From contig OX597823.1 of assembly GCA_951406725.2 (NCBI GenBank), positions 23,126,001 to 23,190,000 on the forward strand: a DNA stretch of 64,000 nt, written 5' to 3'. Positions 43,293 to 56,456 of this stretch are shown here, in pieces. This DNA is from Octopus vulgaris. Taxonomy: Eukaryota. Under the pieces are notes generated by a model. The model saw only the letters and a list, made by a program, of their open reading frames with translations, made no database searches and was not told where the DNA came from. Positions within the stretch are counted from its first letter, which is position 1; every line of letters starts with the position of its first letter. Position numbers and translations under genes: made by a program.

Positions 43293-44585
43293 TACGAGGG
43301 ACGTTCAATAAGTAATGCCTCTAACCCACTTGTAGTTGGTTGATCTAGCTGAAATTTTGCATGTGCAATTATTTATATCTCAATAGATTAAGTGGCAAAT
43401 TACAGCTCTGAACTAATTGTGGTTTCTGATTTACAGGTGTTTGAACTCAGTCAAGTGTGAAATGGAGCCTGTTCAGTGTTGAGCAGTGATTCGGTTTTTG
43501 TATTTGAAAGGACGCACACCACGGGAGACTTTTGATGAAATGAAAGTAACTTATGGTGATGATACCCCATCATATGACCTTGTAAAACGCAGGCATCGTG
43601 AATTCAAGCATGGTCGGAACTCTGTGGAAACAGCTCCCAGATCTGGTCACCCCACTTCTGCCATTGATGAGGCATCTGTCCGTCAAGTTGAGGCTGCTAT
43701 TTTGGAAGATCGACGCATAACTATTTGCCAAATAGCCCATGAGGTCAAGATTAATACCGGGTCCGTGGAAACCATCATTCATGGACATTTGCATATCCAA
43801 AAGTTGTCTGCCAGATGGATTCCCAGGTTGCTCACACCTTTCCAGAAGCAAGAACGCGTTGAGTGCTCAAGGATGAATTTGGAGATGTGCCAAGAAGATG
43901 AGTCAAAATTTTTCAAGACTGATTACACAGGATGAAACCTGGGTCCATCACTATGATCCAGAGACAAAAAAGCCCAGTCAATGCAGTGGAAGCACCGTGA
44001 CTCACCTCCTCCAAAGAAGGCAAGGGTGCAGCCCTCCGCTGGCAAGGTCGTGCTCACAGTCTTCTAGGATCAGGGCGGAGTAGTGACGACAGAGTTCCTG
44101 GCAAGGGGCACCACAATTACAGGAGCCTATTATGCTTCACTTTTGAGGAATTTAAGAGAAGCTACCAAAATCAAGAGGCAGGGCAAGATCAGGAAAGGCA
44201 TCCTCCTCCTGCAGGACAACGCTCCGGTCCACGACTCATGTGTCACCAGATCAGAAGCACAGGCGTGCTGTTATGAACTCCTCCCCATCCCCCCTACTCT
44301 CCTGACCTTGCACCCTCTGATCTTCACCTCTTCCCAGCCATGAAGTTGTTTTTGAAAGGAAAGAGTTTCCCAGATGATGCAGCCTTGATTTCTGAAGTCA
44401 CGTTGTGATTGGAGGACCAAGCTGGGGTCTTCTACAAAAATGGTCTCCAGAGCTGCATCAAACGATGGGAAAATGCGTAACTCTGGGTGGTTCCTATATA
44501 GAAAAAGACTAATAACTGTGCCAAGTTCCGTTGCTCTACTGCTATGGGAAGTGGGTTACGGATTACTTATTGAACACCCCTCATA
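43293..44585 (+). mobile_element. Full-length (~1.3 kb) mariner element, inactivated transposase
   Basis: Imperfect TIRs TACGAGGGACGTTCAATAAGTAAT / ATTACTTATTGAACACCCCTCATA; WIPRLL, ITQDETWVHHYDPE, LLQDNAPVH and YSPDLAPSD motifs with frameshifts. Confidence 0.92.
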
Positions 44586-44997
44586 AATGTACTGGGGACA
44601 AGTACAGACGCACCTTTTTTAATTGCCCTTTCAAAAATATTTTCAATTTGTCTATCTCTAATTTATAAACTGTACCCAATGGTGTTTTTTTCTTTTTTCA
44701 ACTACAGTAAAATCCCGATTCCATCTGAAAATTGATGACCTGTACACCACCAAAACTCAGCCAGACTGGAAAGCAGTTTAATCTAAAATTGATACAGTAC
44801 AAGCCATAAACCACTGCAATGTCCTTAGCTACAACTACAGTAAATTACATTCGTTATTTTAGGTTTTACAATTTGATGCCCAAGACTTTACCAGCAAACC
44901 AATTAAATTTAACCGAAGCAGAGAGTTCTTATGCAAGAAAGTCATTAAGATACTAAACAGCATCAAAAATATACGAAAGGATATAGAAGCTGTCACA

Positions 44998-45573
44998 TTG
45001 GTCAAAAAATAATATACAGCCCTGGTTATGGTATGGAAGTGATAAATTCCAGACCACATCACTCCCTAGGCCATGCTGACTAACATTATTTTCCCTGTAT
45101 AAAAACTAAATCCAGTATTTGCTTCATAAATTTTCCGAAATTTGAACCCCCATTTTGTGTTTGTTTATATTCTGCGTAAGTTTGTTTCCGCATTGATCGC
45201 TTCAAACAATAACTTCCAGACCACATCATACCCTAAGCCATGCTGACCAACATTAGTTTCCCTGTATAAAAACTAAATCCACAACAGTACCCAGTATTTG
45301 TTTCACAAATTTTCCAATTCGGAATCAATGCTTGATAACATGAAACTCCTATCCATTTTCAAAGTTGAAGAAAAATCGATGCCAAAAAAAATCTCCCAAA
45401 GTTCAGGGAATTAAAATTACATGTCGATCGTTGTACAAAACTGTAGATGAACTGTTTACGAAGCATAATCACGTGTTTTCACGAATGTACTAAAGAGATT
45501 TGCTCTGATATTCTCATTTAAATATTAAAATAGGTAAATTCGGGCGACTTTGGGCGGTTTGGTAATGAAAGGG
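44998..45573. mobile_element. Partial copy of the same non-autonomous piggyBac-type family
   Basis: Shared block ggtcaaaaaataat...ctggttatggtatggaagtgataaattccagaccacatc; ends GTAATGAAAGGG-TTAA. Confidence 0.7.
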
Positions 45574-45700
45574 TTAATGGCTTATTATTTGTTGCCATGT
45601 CATGAGACAAAGTAAAGATTAAATCCAGATCATAAGCTCAGCTGAAGAGATAGAGAGAGAAATAAAAAACAAAGAAACCATTTTAGTTAACCTGGTGAAA

Positions 45701-45706
45701 TTTATT
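45701..45706 (-). promoter_or_regulatory. Polyadenylation signal AATAAA of RPL7
   Basis: 13 nt after the stop codon; a short 3' UTR is typical of ribosomal protein mRNAs. Confidence 0.7.
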
Positions 45707-45719
45707 ACAAGTTTTCTCT

Positions 45720-45928
45720 TTATGTCATTTTTCTGAGAAGGGGATTAATTTGGTTTTCCCTGTTGCCAAAATCACCTCCATCATTATAGTGGTTATATTT
45801 GCGCACCCAGCCACCTCGTGGATTGTTTAATTTGAATGGCCAAAGGAAGTTGGAAGCGTATTTGAAGTGTTTGCCAACAGTGTGAATTTCGTGGATTAAA
45901 TCTTCCATACAAATGATACCAAAGCGAC
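45720..45928 (-). CDS. RPL7: RPL7 last coding exon ([15 protein letters not shown]...[14 protein letters not shown]...INPLLRKMT-stop)
   Basis: Acceptor ttcttcttctAG; conserved uL30 C-terminus; TAA at 45720-45722. Confidence 0.95.
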
Positions 45929-46274
45929 CTAGAAGAAGAAAAATCCATAATATATTATTATACAATCAAGTGGATCAAAGAGTATTATCAAACAAATTTA
46001 AAACAAAATACATCAATATTTGTACAATCAAAATCTTATCACTAAAATACTATTCATTTAACTCGACACTTGTATAGATCTTGGTGAAATTTGAATTCAA
46101 AGCACAACGAGCAAAAATAACCACAAAGCAATTCTATTTAATGCTTTATGTGTATATTTAACTCACAATATGGACGTCTGTTCAGATTACCACTCAAGGA
46201 TTCAGTCAGACCAGCATTTTAAAAGATGTTTTCCCAAAGTGTAATGCAGCATAAATGAACTTAAAACCATGTCT

Positions 46275-46960
46275 TAGTTAAGTTAAGTTAATCTTTTGGC
46301 TCAAAAAGCAAGGCCATGTAGGGAGACATGGAGTTATGTACAGGGTGGTGCTTATGCAAGGAGTTCAGGCCATTTCTAGTCAAGAGAGACTTTGAACCGA
46401 GCGGTCGTTGGCATCTTCACTATCTCGTCCAGCAGCTTATTCCACGGATCCGCAACCCGGACGGAGAAAGCCCCTCTCCTTCGACTGAGATGAAATCGTC
46501 ACAGATAGAGCTTTTCGGAGTGACCCCGCAGCCGACGCTCTGGAGCAGGAGTGAAGAACAGCTCTTTTGAGAGGTTACACTTTCTGCTTATGATGTAAGA
46601 ATGAGATCACCACGGCGTCGGCCTTTCTTCATAAGACAAATGCTTGAGACCAAGAACCATGCGGGTAGCCAGCTTCTGGACTCTTTCGAGATGATGTATG
46701 TCTTTGAGGAGATAAGGAAAAGAGGCTTGAATCCTGTACTCCAATGTGGGTCTCACCAACATGACATAGAGCGGTAGGAATATGGCTGATGTGAGCATTC
46801 CGGACACACTGGGCCAAAGGCGAAAAGGAAGAATCCACCAAGATACCCAGGTCCTTTACCTGGTCGGTCCTCTCCAGCAGCAGACGACCCGGCTTGAAAT
46901 CAAGTTGAGTTGCAGGAGAAGAGCCAACAGGCAGATGTCAGCAGGCAACAGTAAGTTGGA
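46275..46960 (-). mobile_element. CR1-type LINE 3' fragment in the last RPL7 intron
   Basis: LYVMLVRPTLEY...LERVQKLATRMV.GLKHLSYEER; (TAACT)n tail. Confidence 0.8.
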
Positions 46961-47073
46961 ATGACCAAACAAAAAATAGTAACAGGAACTGGTGACAATA
47001 TGCTATTACACATGTTTAGTGTAACTAAAATTTGCTGCCTATGTAGAAAAAGAGAGATCTAAAATTTACTTAC

Positions 47074-47183
47074 CAAGCTTCCTTTCAATGAGAGCATTGT
47101 CAGTCAATGGAATACGCCGTCCTTCTATTTTACCATATCCTCTTTTATAGACCAATTCACGAACACTCTTCAGGTTAGGGTAC
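47074..47183 (-). CDS. RPL7: RPL7 exon ([36 protein letters not shown])
   Basis: AG/GTAAGT boundaries; phases join both neighbours; conserved uL30 sequence. Confidence 0.95.
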
Positions 47184-47574
47184 CTAACAATAACAAAAAA
47201 AATCCATGTCAAAATCAAGATAAAACAAGCTTATTCAAAGTGACAAGATAAATGTATTTTAATATGAGCAAACCATCCCACATATCAGACAACATATATT
47301 TGTAATTATTTGCCTCTCCGTATATCCATAAAAAGATATTCTCACTTAGTCAACTGATAAGCTTCAAAGGATATTGTCAGCACATGCTATTCAATACCTC
47401 ACTTGATTATCTCTAACAAAAAACTAAATACTCTTGTGAGTTTAGCCTCATTCTAGAAAAAGCTGTCAATATCTATGTGTGTGTGTATTCATGCAATAGT
47501 TAATATTTTGATTATTTTTTATTAAGCTGTACTAATTACATTCTATCAAAATTTTATTCCCAACATGATTGAGA

Positions 47575-48525
47575 TATGGGGTTGGCAAGAAAGTAATTTC
47601 CTTTTTGCAAATAAATAGTTACGATTTTTTTAAATGACTTTTGTCTAGGTTATGATTTTTTTCCTTCTGACATTTGAAAGCTGTTACTTCTAGCTTACTT
47701 CAGGCAAGAAAGCTGTTGAGGTTCACAAAGAAATATGTGAAGTTTATGGTGTTGATTGCTTAACAGAACGCACATGTTAGAAATGGTTTGAAAAATTCCG
47801 TTCCGGAGATTTATCATCGGAGATGACCAAATTAAAGCCATAATTGAATCCAACTGTCACATAACTGTGCGACAGCTTGCAGAGGTTAAATGCATCACAC
47901 ACAATTGAAAATCACTTAAAGTGCCTTGGACTTGTTGGGAAGCTTGATATTTGAGCTCCACATAAATTGAAAGAGATTCACTTATCACAACAAATCAATA
48001 TTTGTGATATGCAGCTCAAACGCAATGAAATCAACCTTATTTAGAAACAAATCATCACTGATTATGAAAAATGGATTGTCTATAATAACATCAATTCAAA
48101 ACGATCATTATCCAAGCGTAATGAACCAGCACAAACCACATTGAAAGCTGAATTGCATCAAAAAAACTTTTTTTTATTAAAAAGTCATGCTGTCAATTTG
48201 GTGGGATTACAAAAGTGCTGTGAATTTTGAGCTGCTTCCAAGGAACCAAACAATCAATTCAGATGTTTACTGTCAACAACTAATGGAACTGGAGGAAACA
48301 ATCAAAGAAAAACGGCCAGAATTAGCAAATCGTAAAGGAGCTAGACCAAACAGGTCTTTGCTAACTCGTAAAAAATTATTGGAGTTTGGCTGGGAAGTGA
48401 TGTCACATCCACCATATGGCCCTGACCTTGCACCATCAGATTACCATTTATTTCAAAGTTTTCAAAATTCTTTGAATGATAAAACTTTCAACAACAATGA
48501 TGACCTGAAATTGTACTTGATCAAA
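47575..48525 (+). mobile_element. Degenerate mariner element in an RPL7 intron
   Basis: KWIVYNN, MLSIWWDYK and HPPYGPDLAPSDYHLF motifs; deletions and frameshifts. Confidence 0.88.
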
Positions 48526-48685
48526 GCTAGAACACTATTCGCTTTTCCAAACTAACATTATCAAAACTACCCCAAGTTCCAATGTTACCAGTCTCTCTGA
48601 AACAACCAGCACTAGAAGTGCTCATGCTGAAATTAAAATGAAAATCACATCACACAAATGATAACATGCCAGGATGGCTGCTTAC

Positions 48686-48823
48686 CCCCAAGTGATATAA
48701 GGTTCGCAAATCTTGATCATCTGTAAAGTTGCTTTGTTCACTTTGACAAAGATACCATTGTTAATCTGTCTCAACCTAAACAACTGCATTACCTTTCTGG
48801 GTCGTGGATGGACTCCATTGATA
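48686..48823 (-). CDS. RPL7: RPL7 exon ([46 protein letters not shown])
   Basis: ttccAG / GTAAGC boundaries; L30 domain signature. Confidence 0.95.
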
Positions 48824-50246
48824 CTGGAAAATAGAAATATGCCCATTAGATAATGTACATGAAATGTAGGAAACTGAAATAGGAACATTACATTTCATGA
48901 AAGGTTGGGGTTATTAATAGTACTGTAAGGTAGCATTAACCCTTTCTAACACACCTTATGTGTTTCACTTAAATTCTAAAATAATCATGAATTTAGACTG
49001 GTTTCATAAAACAACTAGAACTTTTTTGCTTATCAATTCATTGATGTAATCTTTGAAACAATTTAACGAAATGTTCTTAACACAGTCAATTTACAATTTT
49101 TGTCTGAAAGCGAATTTCATTACAGGTAAATTCAACAAAATATAAAATTATTTGAATTTTGTTTGAAACATCAGCATAGAAAATGAGTTGTTGGCTAATA
49201 TTCAATGAGAATACAAAGAAAAAAATGATGCAAATTACTGGATTATTTATCAGTTAAGATTAATGTACCATAGAAGAAAACTAAATACTGGAATTTGTTT
49301 TTGAAGAAAACTAGGAAATGAAATACATCCTATCAACTATATGAAAAACTCACATGTATATATAAATACAGTGAAACATACAATAATGAACTAAAAGATA
49401 ATTGTAAGTGGTGGAGATACAAGTAAAATTCAATTTTTGCAGCCATCACATATGTTATTTACAGTTTATACTGAAAATTGCTTCTGCTGGATTCATAGAA
49501 CTTAAGATTACAAATGTTGAGCTAGTTCTGCATCAAGTGTATTGATTTATTCTTTAATACAGAAAGTGACTTTTCCTTACATCGTCATCATCCAACGTCT
49601 GCTGCCCATGCAAGCAAGCTGCACCAGACTCTAGTCTGATTTGGCATGGTTTTTATGGTTGGATGCTCTTCCAAACACCATTTTACAGATTGTGCCGAGT
49701 GCCTTTAGGTGGCACCAGCCTTGCAGGTCGACCTTCACTTAACAGTTCTGCTGTGGAGTACCGGTTTACTCAAGTACAGCAGGGTGCCAGGCACCTTGGA
49801 CTCCTGTCATCTCACCTGAAAGGTTCAGAGTCCTGAGATCATTCTTCAGTACTTCGTCCCTGGGCCTCCCACTTCCACACTTTACATCTACTTTGAAAAA
49901 TCGGCACTTCTTTATAGAGCTGTCAACAACCCTCGTCACATGATCAAACCAACAGTCTTCTCTCTTACACACAGCAACTAATTCCTATGCCTAACTTCTC
50001 TCTCAAAACATTAGCACTGTCAAACGTACACTTATGTTACAAATCCAGCAGAGCATACTAGCTCATTCCTTTCTAACCTTCACATGTCCTCTGCATTCAG
50101 GCCTCACGTCTCACAATCATGTAGAATGTAAACACTCATATACACCATATAGTTCTACAAAACCTCAGTCATCACCCAAAATCAAGAGAAAAAAATAATC
50201 TGTTACAATGAGTTAAGAATTTGAAACATTTTTTGTAGTAACATAC

Positions 50247-50413
50247 CCTCTAATTCTTATGACAAAAGCCAGTTTTGCACCACTGGGAACATAGTAGTTT
50301 CCAGCTCGGCGAGCTTCACGACGCAGCCTGATCTCTTCACGTGCCTGCATGCGATACTCTTTTACATATTTCTCAGCTCGGTGAAAGATTGTTATCTTCT
50401 TCTTCTTGAGTTT
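50247..50413 (-). CDS. RPL7: RPL7 exon ([21 protein letters not shown]...[19 protein letters not shown])
   Basis: ttcAG / GTATGT boundaries; conserved RAEKYVKEY and [10 protein letters not shown] motifs. Confidence 0.95.
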
Positions 50414-50817
50414 CTGAAGTGAAAGATTAATTATTGGATCACTCTACTGCTTTAAAATGGACAACCAGAAATGGGAAGAGCAAACTAAGAACTTTGCCAT
50501 TCATCTGTGAAAAATATTCAGATGGCATATATAAGCTAACAACTATTTAACATTCATTCACCTGTTCCAGTTTATAAATCAATAATTTCTTACAGTTGAG
50601 TTACATAACCACTAAAGAGAAATTAAAACATTTTTATAAATACCTGAACTACATTTTAACAGATTTTAATAAAAAAAAATTAAAAAAAGAAATTTAATTA
50701 CTGTTCAATTTTTAATCAAAAACAAGTTTTCCTTTTCAACATCAATATCTAGTTCTAATAAAACTATCTCCACTAAAAAGAATGCAAAATGACTAAAGAA
50801 TAGTAAGAGATACATAC

Positions 50818-50920
50818 GGCTTTCTTCTGGAGAAGGTCAGCCTTTCGTTTGATAGCCTGAGCTTTCCTGGTTTTCCTTCTCTTCAATATACTTTCAGGTA
50901 CTTTGGGGATTTTTTTGTCA
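50818..50920 (-). CDS. RPL7: RPL7 exon (DKKIPKVPESILKRRKTRKAQAIKRKADLLQKKA)
   Basis: ttccAG / GTATGT; conserved N-terminal VPES.LK motif; begins in phase 2. Confidence 0.93.
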
Positions 50921-51052
50921 CTGGAAAGAAAAGTAATTTTCAGATAGAGAAAAAAAACTATATTCATGGAATTTAGAAATAACTTCATAAGAGCTTAAAT
51001 TATCAATACCAAAAGATGTAATAAGTCAATGAGAAAACAAAATCACACTTAC

Positions 51053-51073
51053 CCTCCAGCTTCTTTCCCAGCA
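51053..51073 (-). CDS. RPL7: RPL7 microexon, 21 nt (T GCT GGG AAA GAA GCT GGA GG; AGKEAG)
   Basis: aatttttcAG / GTAAGT; phase 2-2. Confidence 0.8.
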
Positions 51074-52504
51074 CTGAAAAATTTAAAAAGTACACATTGA
51101 AAACTTTCATGTTACTCAATATTTCAAATAAATTGATAATCATCTAAAATATGTTTAAACTGATGATAATCATCTAAAATATGTTTAAATAGAAAATATA
51201 TATCATCGTTTAATGTCCGCTTTCCATGCTAGCATGGGTTGGACGGTTCTACAGCTGGATGCCCTTCCTAATGCCAACCTCTCCGTGAGTGTAGTGGGTG
51301 CTTTTTACATGCCACCGGCACAGGTGCCAGACAAGGCTGGCAATGGCCACGATTAGATGGTGCTTTTTACATGCCACCATATATATATATATATATATAT
51401 ATTGCATATTATTTGGACTGTTTTTAAAAGCACAATAAAACACTCAGGATATTGTAAGTTGGCCTCATCAGCTAAACATAGATAACATAGATTAATAAGG
51501 TTTTAATGAAAGCTACAGGGTTAACTTTCCAGTTGTTTATAAAATTTGTGTGGCATGATCTTTACTCTTATGTGGTATATATTCATAATGCATGGTGCTC
51601 AGTATTATTTAACTAAAAAGTAAATATATCACATTCTTCAATGAACAAAATTTCTGCTTATGAATTTACTGTTGAAAATGTGTAGAATGTTATGAAGACA
51701 TATTTCAATTCTTCGATATTGCCAAAGTGTATGGACAGGGAAAAGGTTGAGCACAGAGTGATAGTGTGAGGCCTATTGGTTAAAGTACTGCACTCACAAA
51801 TGCAAAGTGGTGATTTCAATTCCTCAACTGGACAGGGCAAGGTGTCCTTGAGCAAAACATTCCACTTTGCTCCTGCCCGCACATCAGTAAATGAGTAACC
51901 CTACAACAGACTGGCATGCCAGTCAAGAGGAATCTTATGATCTCTTATATGCTACAAAAACTTGGTAACTAACCCAATGAGTCCTAGTACTTGAAACAGT
52001 AATGGTTGCACACAATAGTGTAGACAAGATATTCTAGTATCACCACTTTAACCATTTTAGCATTTAGATTACTCTCCCAAATTTATTGCTTACTTATGAA
52101 CAGTTTTGTTTTAATCATACATTATCTTGAAGCTATGAAATCTCACTGATGTGATTGTGTATTTTTAGAAAGATATAGTAGGGTAGGTGTGAGAGGCAGG
52201 ATCTAGCTAGTTTGAATACAAAACAGGTAGAATATTTGGCCAAATTAAATGCTAACGATTTAAGCTCTAGAGCATTAACAATTAAAAAATGGTTATCTAC
52301 ACAAACAAGACAATACCCGAGTCAATCAGAGGCCTCTACTAACAGCCCCAAATCCCTCAAACTCTACCCTACAGTTTTAAACAAGGACACATTGGATTAT
52401 ATAGTTCAAAGACGTCCTGAAAGGACAAGTTAGTCACTGCTGGAATGCTTTTGATGAATATGAATGGTGAGCTGGAATTAAAAATCTGATAAAATAATAC
52501 TCAC

Positions 52505-52525
52505 GCTCTTGCTTTCTTTAGAGCC
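52505..52525 (-). CDS. RPL7: RPL7 microexon, 21 nt (G GCT CTA AAG AAA GCA AGA GC; ALKKAR)
   Basis: ttttaatttttcAG / GTGAGTATTAT; phase 2-2. Confidence 0.8.
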
Positions 52526-53004
52526 CTGAAAAATTAAAATGACATCAGTCATATATTGACAAGCATTTCAACAAAGTAATTTTCAATATTACATAGCTAA
52601 TGTTTATATTAAATTAAGACGTATCTTCATAATCATCATTAACATTCATGTCTCTTTGCTTGCATGGATTAGACACATTCATTAAGACAGATTTTCTATG
52701 ATTGGATGCCACTTCCTAGCACCGACCCTCACCCATTTTCAAGTATGGTAATATTTCTCTATGGCCAGATAACACATTTTCAGATTGGGACGACAGATTA
52801 GTAAAGCTCGTTTACAACTAGGTTGATGTCAAGACAGAGACACAAGTACACATATGGCAGGTTGTTTGTTTTTAACTACCTAATTTCCTCATTAAGCTTT
52901 GATTGAACTGGGTTTACAAAAGACATCTGCCCAAGTGTCATGCCATGAGGCTGAACTGAAAATCATGTGGTTGGCAAGAACTTAACCACATAGTATTGCT
53001 TTAA

Positions 53005-54150
53005 TCTTTTCGTTACTATATTTCTGACCAAAATACACCTCTCATGAGTTTCAATTAAATTCTAAAACAATCATGAATTTAGACTTTTTTTACTTATCAA
53101 CATAGTGATATTTGGAACATAATTAAAGAAAGGGTTCTTAATCTTATTGCATAACTTTTGTCTCAAAGTGACTTTAATTACAGGTAAATCCAGGTAAACT
53201 GAGCAAAAGGTAAAAATATTAAAACATCACCATAGAAAATGAATCATCAGCTAACATTCAAATGGGTATGCAACAAAATTTTGATATAGAAGAATTGTGC
53301 ATATCACTAGATCATCAGTTGAATTTAATGCACAACAGAACAGGTGTACCATAAAGGTGAAACAAACTGAAATACTGGAATCTACCACAAGTTTGACCGA
53401 ACAAAAGAAATCGGTCAAAAAATAATGTACAGCCCTGGTTATGGTATGGAAGTGATAAATTCTAGACCACATCGTACCCAATGCTGACTAACATTATTTT
53501 CCCTGTATAAAAACTAAATCCACAGCAGTACCTAGTATTTGCTTCACAAATTTTCCAAACTTTGATCCCCCATTTTGTGTGTGTGTTTACATTCTGTGTA
53601 AGTTCGTTTCCGCAGTGATTGCTTCAAACAAGCATACTGAAAAAAATAAAAGTCTAATGGTTTCACTCCCTAAGAAAGACTACAGATAATCTCCTCAGAA
53701 AAATTGCTAATAAAAACATTTTTAAAGTTTTTACTTCATTCCGACGTAAAATCGTCTTTGCTGTCGCTATCGCCGTTTTGTTTCTTCAGAATTGCTGCTT
53801 TCGGTTTCAGATACAGAAATATCCATTCATTATTGTACACCATGTGCTTTTGTACCTCATTCATTCTTTTTCTCAATATCTCCCTATTTTCTGTTGAAAA
53901 AGCTTTAAATTCGGAATCAATGCTTGATAATATGAAACTCCTATCCATTTTCAAAGTTGAAGAAAAATCGATGCCAAAAATCTCCCAAAATTCACTGAGT
54001 TTAGATATCACGTCAAGCAATGTCGAAAACTATAACGCAACTATTTACCAAGTGAAATCACATATTTTCACAAATGTACTAATGAGATTTGTACTTAAAT
54101 CCACATTTAAATAACAATGGGTACTCTTGGCCAGGTTAGTAACGAATGGG
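53005..54150. mobile_element. Non-autonomous piggyBac-type element
   Basis: TTAA-TCTTTTCGTTAC ... GTAACGAATGGG-TTAA; internal sequence shared with 44998-45573 and 63528-64000. Confidence 0.75.
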
Positions 54151-54516
54151 TTAAATATTCAATAATTTTGTCATTTTTATAATATGCAAAACTTTTGTCA
54201 AGAAAATTATCGAATTCCACAAATGTACAGTCAGCCGTCACTTGCAAGCAAGTATGGCATAACAACATGTACTGTACTTTGATAATTATTTTCAGTACCT
54301 AGTCATGAGCTAACAGATCCCCCCTACATATCCAGGATATCAGTAGGAGGGAGAGAGAGCTGTTTCAGTAGCCTGTTAGTACCATTACAGCTGAGTAGAT
54401 TAGAGCAATCCAATGTCCAGTTCAAGAATTGAACCCCATGATTTTACAATGAGTCAAACATACAAAGACAATGAGCTTTCACATATTCAACTACATATGA
54501 ACAAAGTAATACTCAC

Positions 54517-54537
54517 ACTCTAGTTTTCCTGGTAACA
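54517..54537 (-). CDS. RPL7: RPL7 microexon, 21 nt (T GTT ACC AGG AAA ACT AGA GT; VTRKTR)
   Basis: ttttaatttttcAG / GTGAGTATT; phase 2-2. Confidence 0.78.
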
Positions 54538-55346
54538 CTGAAAAATTAAAACAGCATATTAAAGATCTATATTGATCAACATTTCAATTAAGTGATTTAC
54601 AATATTATATAAATATGAACACCATCTAAAGAATATATTGTCTTAAATTACTAAAATATACTGCTTTCATAATCATTTAATGCCTGTTTTCAATGCTAAC
54701 ATGGTTTAGATGGTTTGATTGAAAACTAGTAAGCCAGAGAGCTGCACCAGGTTCCAATCTGATTTAGCATTCCTTACACCATTGCTAAAACAATGATGAT
54801 AATGATTCAGTTTTATACATGTAGAGCAGTGGTTCCCAAAGTAGGTAGTATTGCACACACACTCCTGGGAGCAATGGAAAGTTCCAAGGGACTGTTGAAG
54901 ATAAGTGGGGCAAAATGGGGTTGCGATTCATGCCAAAACAACAAAATAATGGGTTCAAAGGTCAAGTTTTATTTGTGAAATACAGTTGCTTTGAATTTGT
55001 TTCAGAAAGAGTTCTATATTTGTGATGTTTAGTTAGGGTGGAGGTGCTAGGAATGTCACCTGGGTGTCAAGGGGGCAGCAACCTGAAAAAGTCTGGGAAC
55101 CACTGATGCAGAGCATGTGTAAGGTCTTACACCACTACATTCCTCTAAGAGACCACCTATCCTTATAGATGGTTGGTTGTCACTTATCCTATTAAGTTTA
55201 TTTGTAATTTCTTACTACCCATTACAGCTGAGTAGATCTGAGCAATGCACTGCCCAGTTCAAGCTTTAAACCCATGACTTTAGTCAAACATCCATAGATA
55301 ATGAGCTTTCACATATTCAACTACATATGAATAAGATAATACTCAC

Positions 55347-55367
55347 GGTGCAGCTTTCTTTGCAACA
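55347..55367 (-). CDS. RPL7: RPL7 microexon, 21 nt (T GTT GCA AAG AAA GCT GCA CC; VAKKAA)
   Basis: ttttaatttttcAG / GTGAGTATTAT; phase 2-2. Confidence 0.82.
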
Positions 55368-55438
55368 CTGAAAAATTAAAATAACAGCATATTAAACATT
55401 TATATTGATCAACATTTCAATTAAGTGATTTACAATAT

Positions 55439-55650
55439 ATTGGGATGGTGTATAATTATTGCAGCTTTTTTCCCCCGACAAAATTTATTCAACAAAAACA
55501 TCTTTAAATGATTATTCTGGAGCATATTCACCATCTACTTCAATTAATGCTCTCCATTTGCTTGGCAGACAGTCAGACCGTTATTTAAAGATGTATTTGT
55601 TGTATAAAATTTGTTGACAGTAAGCCACAATAATTATGCACCAACCTAAT
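55439..55650. mobile_element. mariner-derived MITE, present in only one copy of the duplicated intron unit
   Basis: TIRs ATTGGGATGGTGTATAATTATTG / CAATAATTATGCACCAACCTAAT; absent from the paralogous sites near 54600 and 56525. Confidence 0.75.
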
Positions 55651-56435
55651 CATCATCATCATCATCGTTTAACGTCCGCTTTCCATGCTAGCATGGGTTG
55701 GACGGTTCAACTGGTGTCTGGGGAGCCCGAAGGCTGCACCAGGCCGTAAATATGAAAACCATCTAAAGAATTTACTGTCTCAAATTACTAAAATACACTG
55801 CTTTCAATGCTGGCATGGGTTAGACAGTTTGACTGAAAACTAGTAAACCAAGGAGCCACACCACATTCCAATCAGACTGAGAATGGTTTCTACAGCTGGA
55901 TGCCCTTCCTTACACTCTTTTTAAAATGATGGATAATCATTATTCACCTTTATGCATGCAGTGCTTTGGTTCCCAAAGTCGACAACATTGCTCATTCCTC
56001 CCCCTGGGAGCGGTGGAAGATTCAAAGAAAGTGGGGCGATAATGGGTTGTGATTCATATAAAAACGACAGTTGCTTTGAATTTGCTTCAGAAAGCAGTCT
56101 ATGTTTGTGATGGTTAGTTAGGGTGGGGGTGCTAGGAATGTCGCCTGGGCGCCAAGGGGAAAGTAGTCCAAAAATGCATGGGAAACGCTGATGAAGAGCA
56201 TGTGTAAGGATTTACACCACTTCATTCCTCTAAGAGACCACCTATCCTTATAGGTGGTTGGTTGCCACTTATCCTATTAAGTTTTTCTAATTTCTTACTA
56301 CTCACTACAGCTGAGTGGATTTGAGCAATGCACTGCTCAGTTCAAGAATCAAACCTATGACTTTACAGTGAGTCAAACATCCATAGACAATGAGCTTTCA
56401 CATACTCAACTACATATGAATAAGATAATACTCAC

Positions 56436-56456
56436 GGTGCAGGTTTCTTTGCAACA
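56436..56456 (-). CDS. RPL7: RPL7 microexon, 21 nt (T GTT GCA AAG AAA CCT GCA CC; VAKKPA)
   Basis: ttttaatttttcAG / GTGAGTATTAT; phase 2-2. Confidence 0.82.

Noticed and set aside
52545-52639. Possible C/D box snoRNA (ATGATGA...CTGA on the minus strand) in an RPL7 intron
   Set aside because: The CTGA sits at the likely branch-point position ~20 nt from the acceptor, and the ATGATGA derives from a (CAT)n retroelement tail.
53736-54020. 94-aa ORF with plausible composition
   Set aside because: Lies inside a multicopy non-autonomous TTAA element; the paralogous copy near 45330 has deletions through it.
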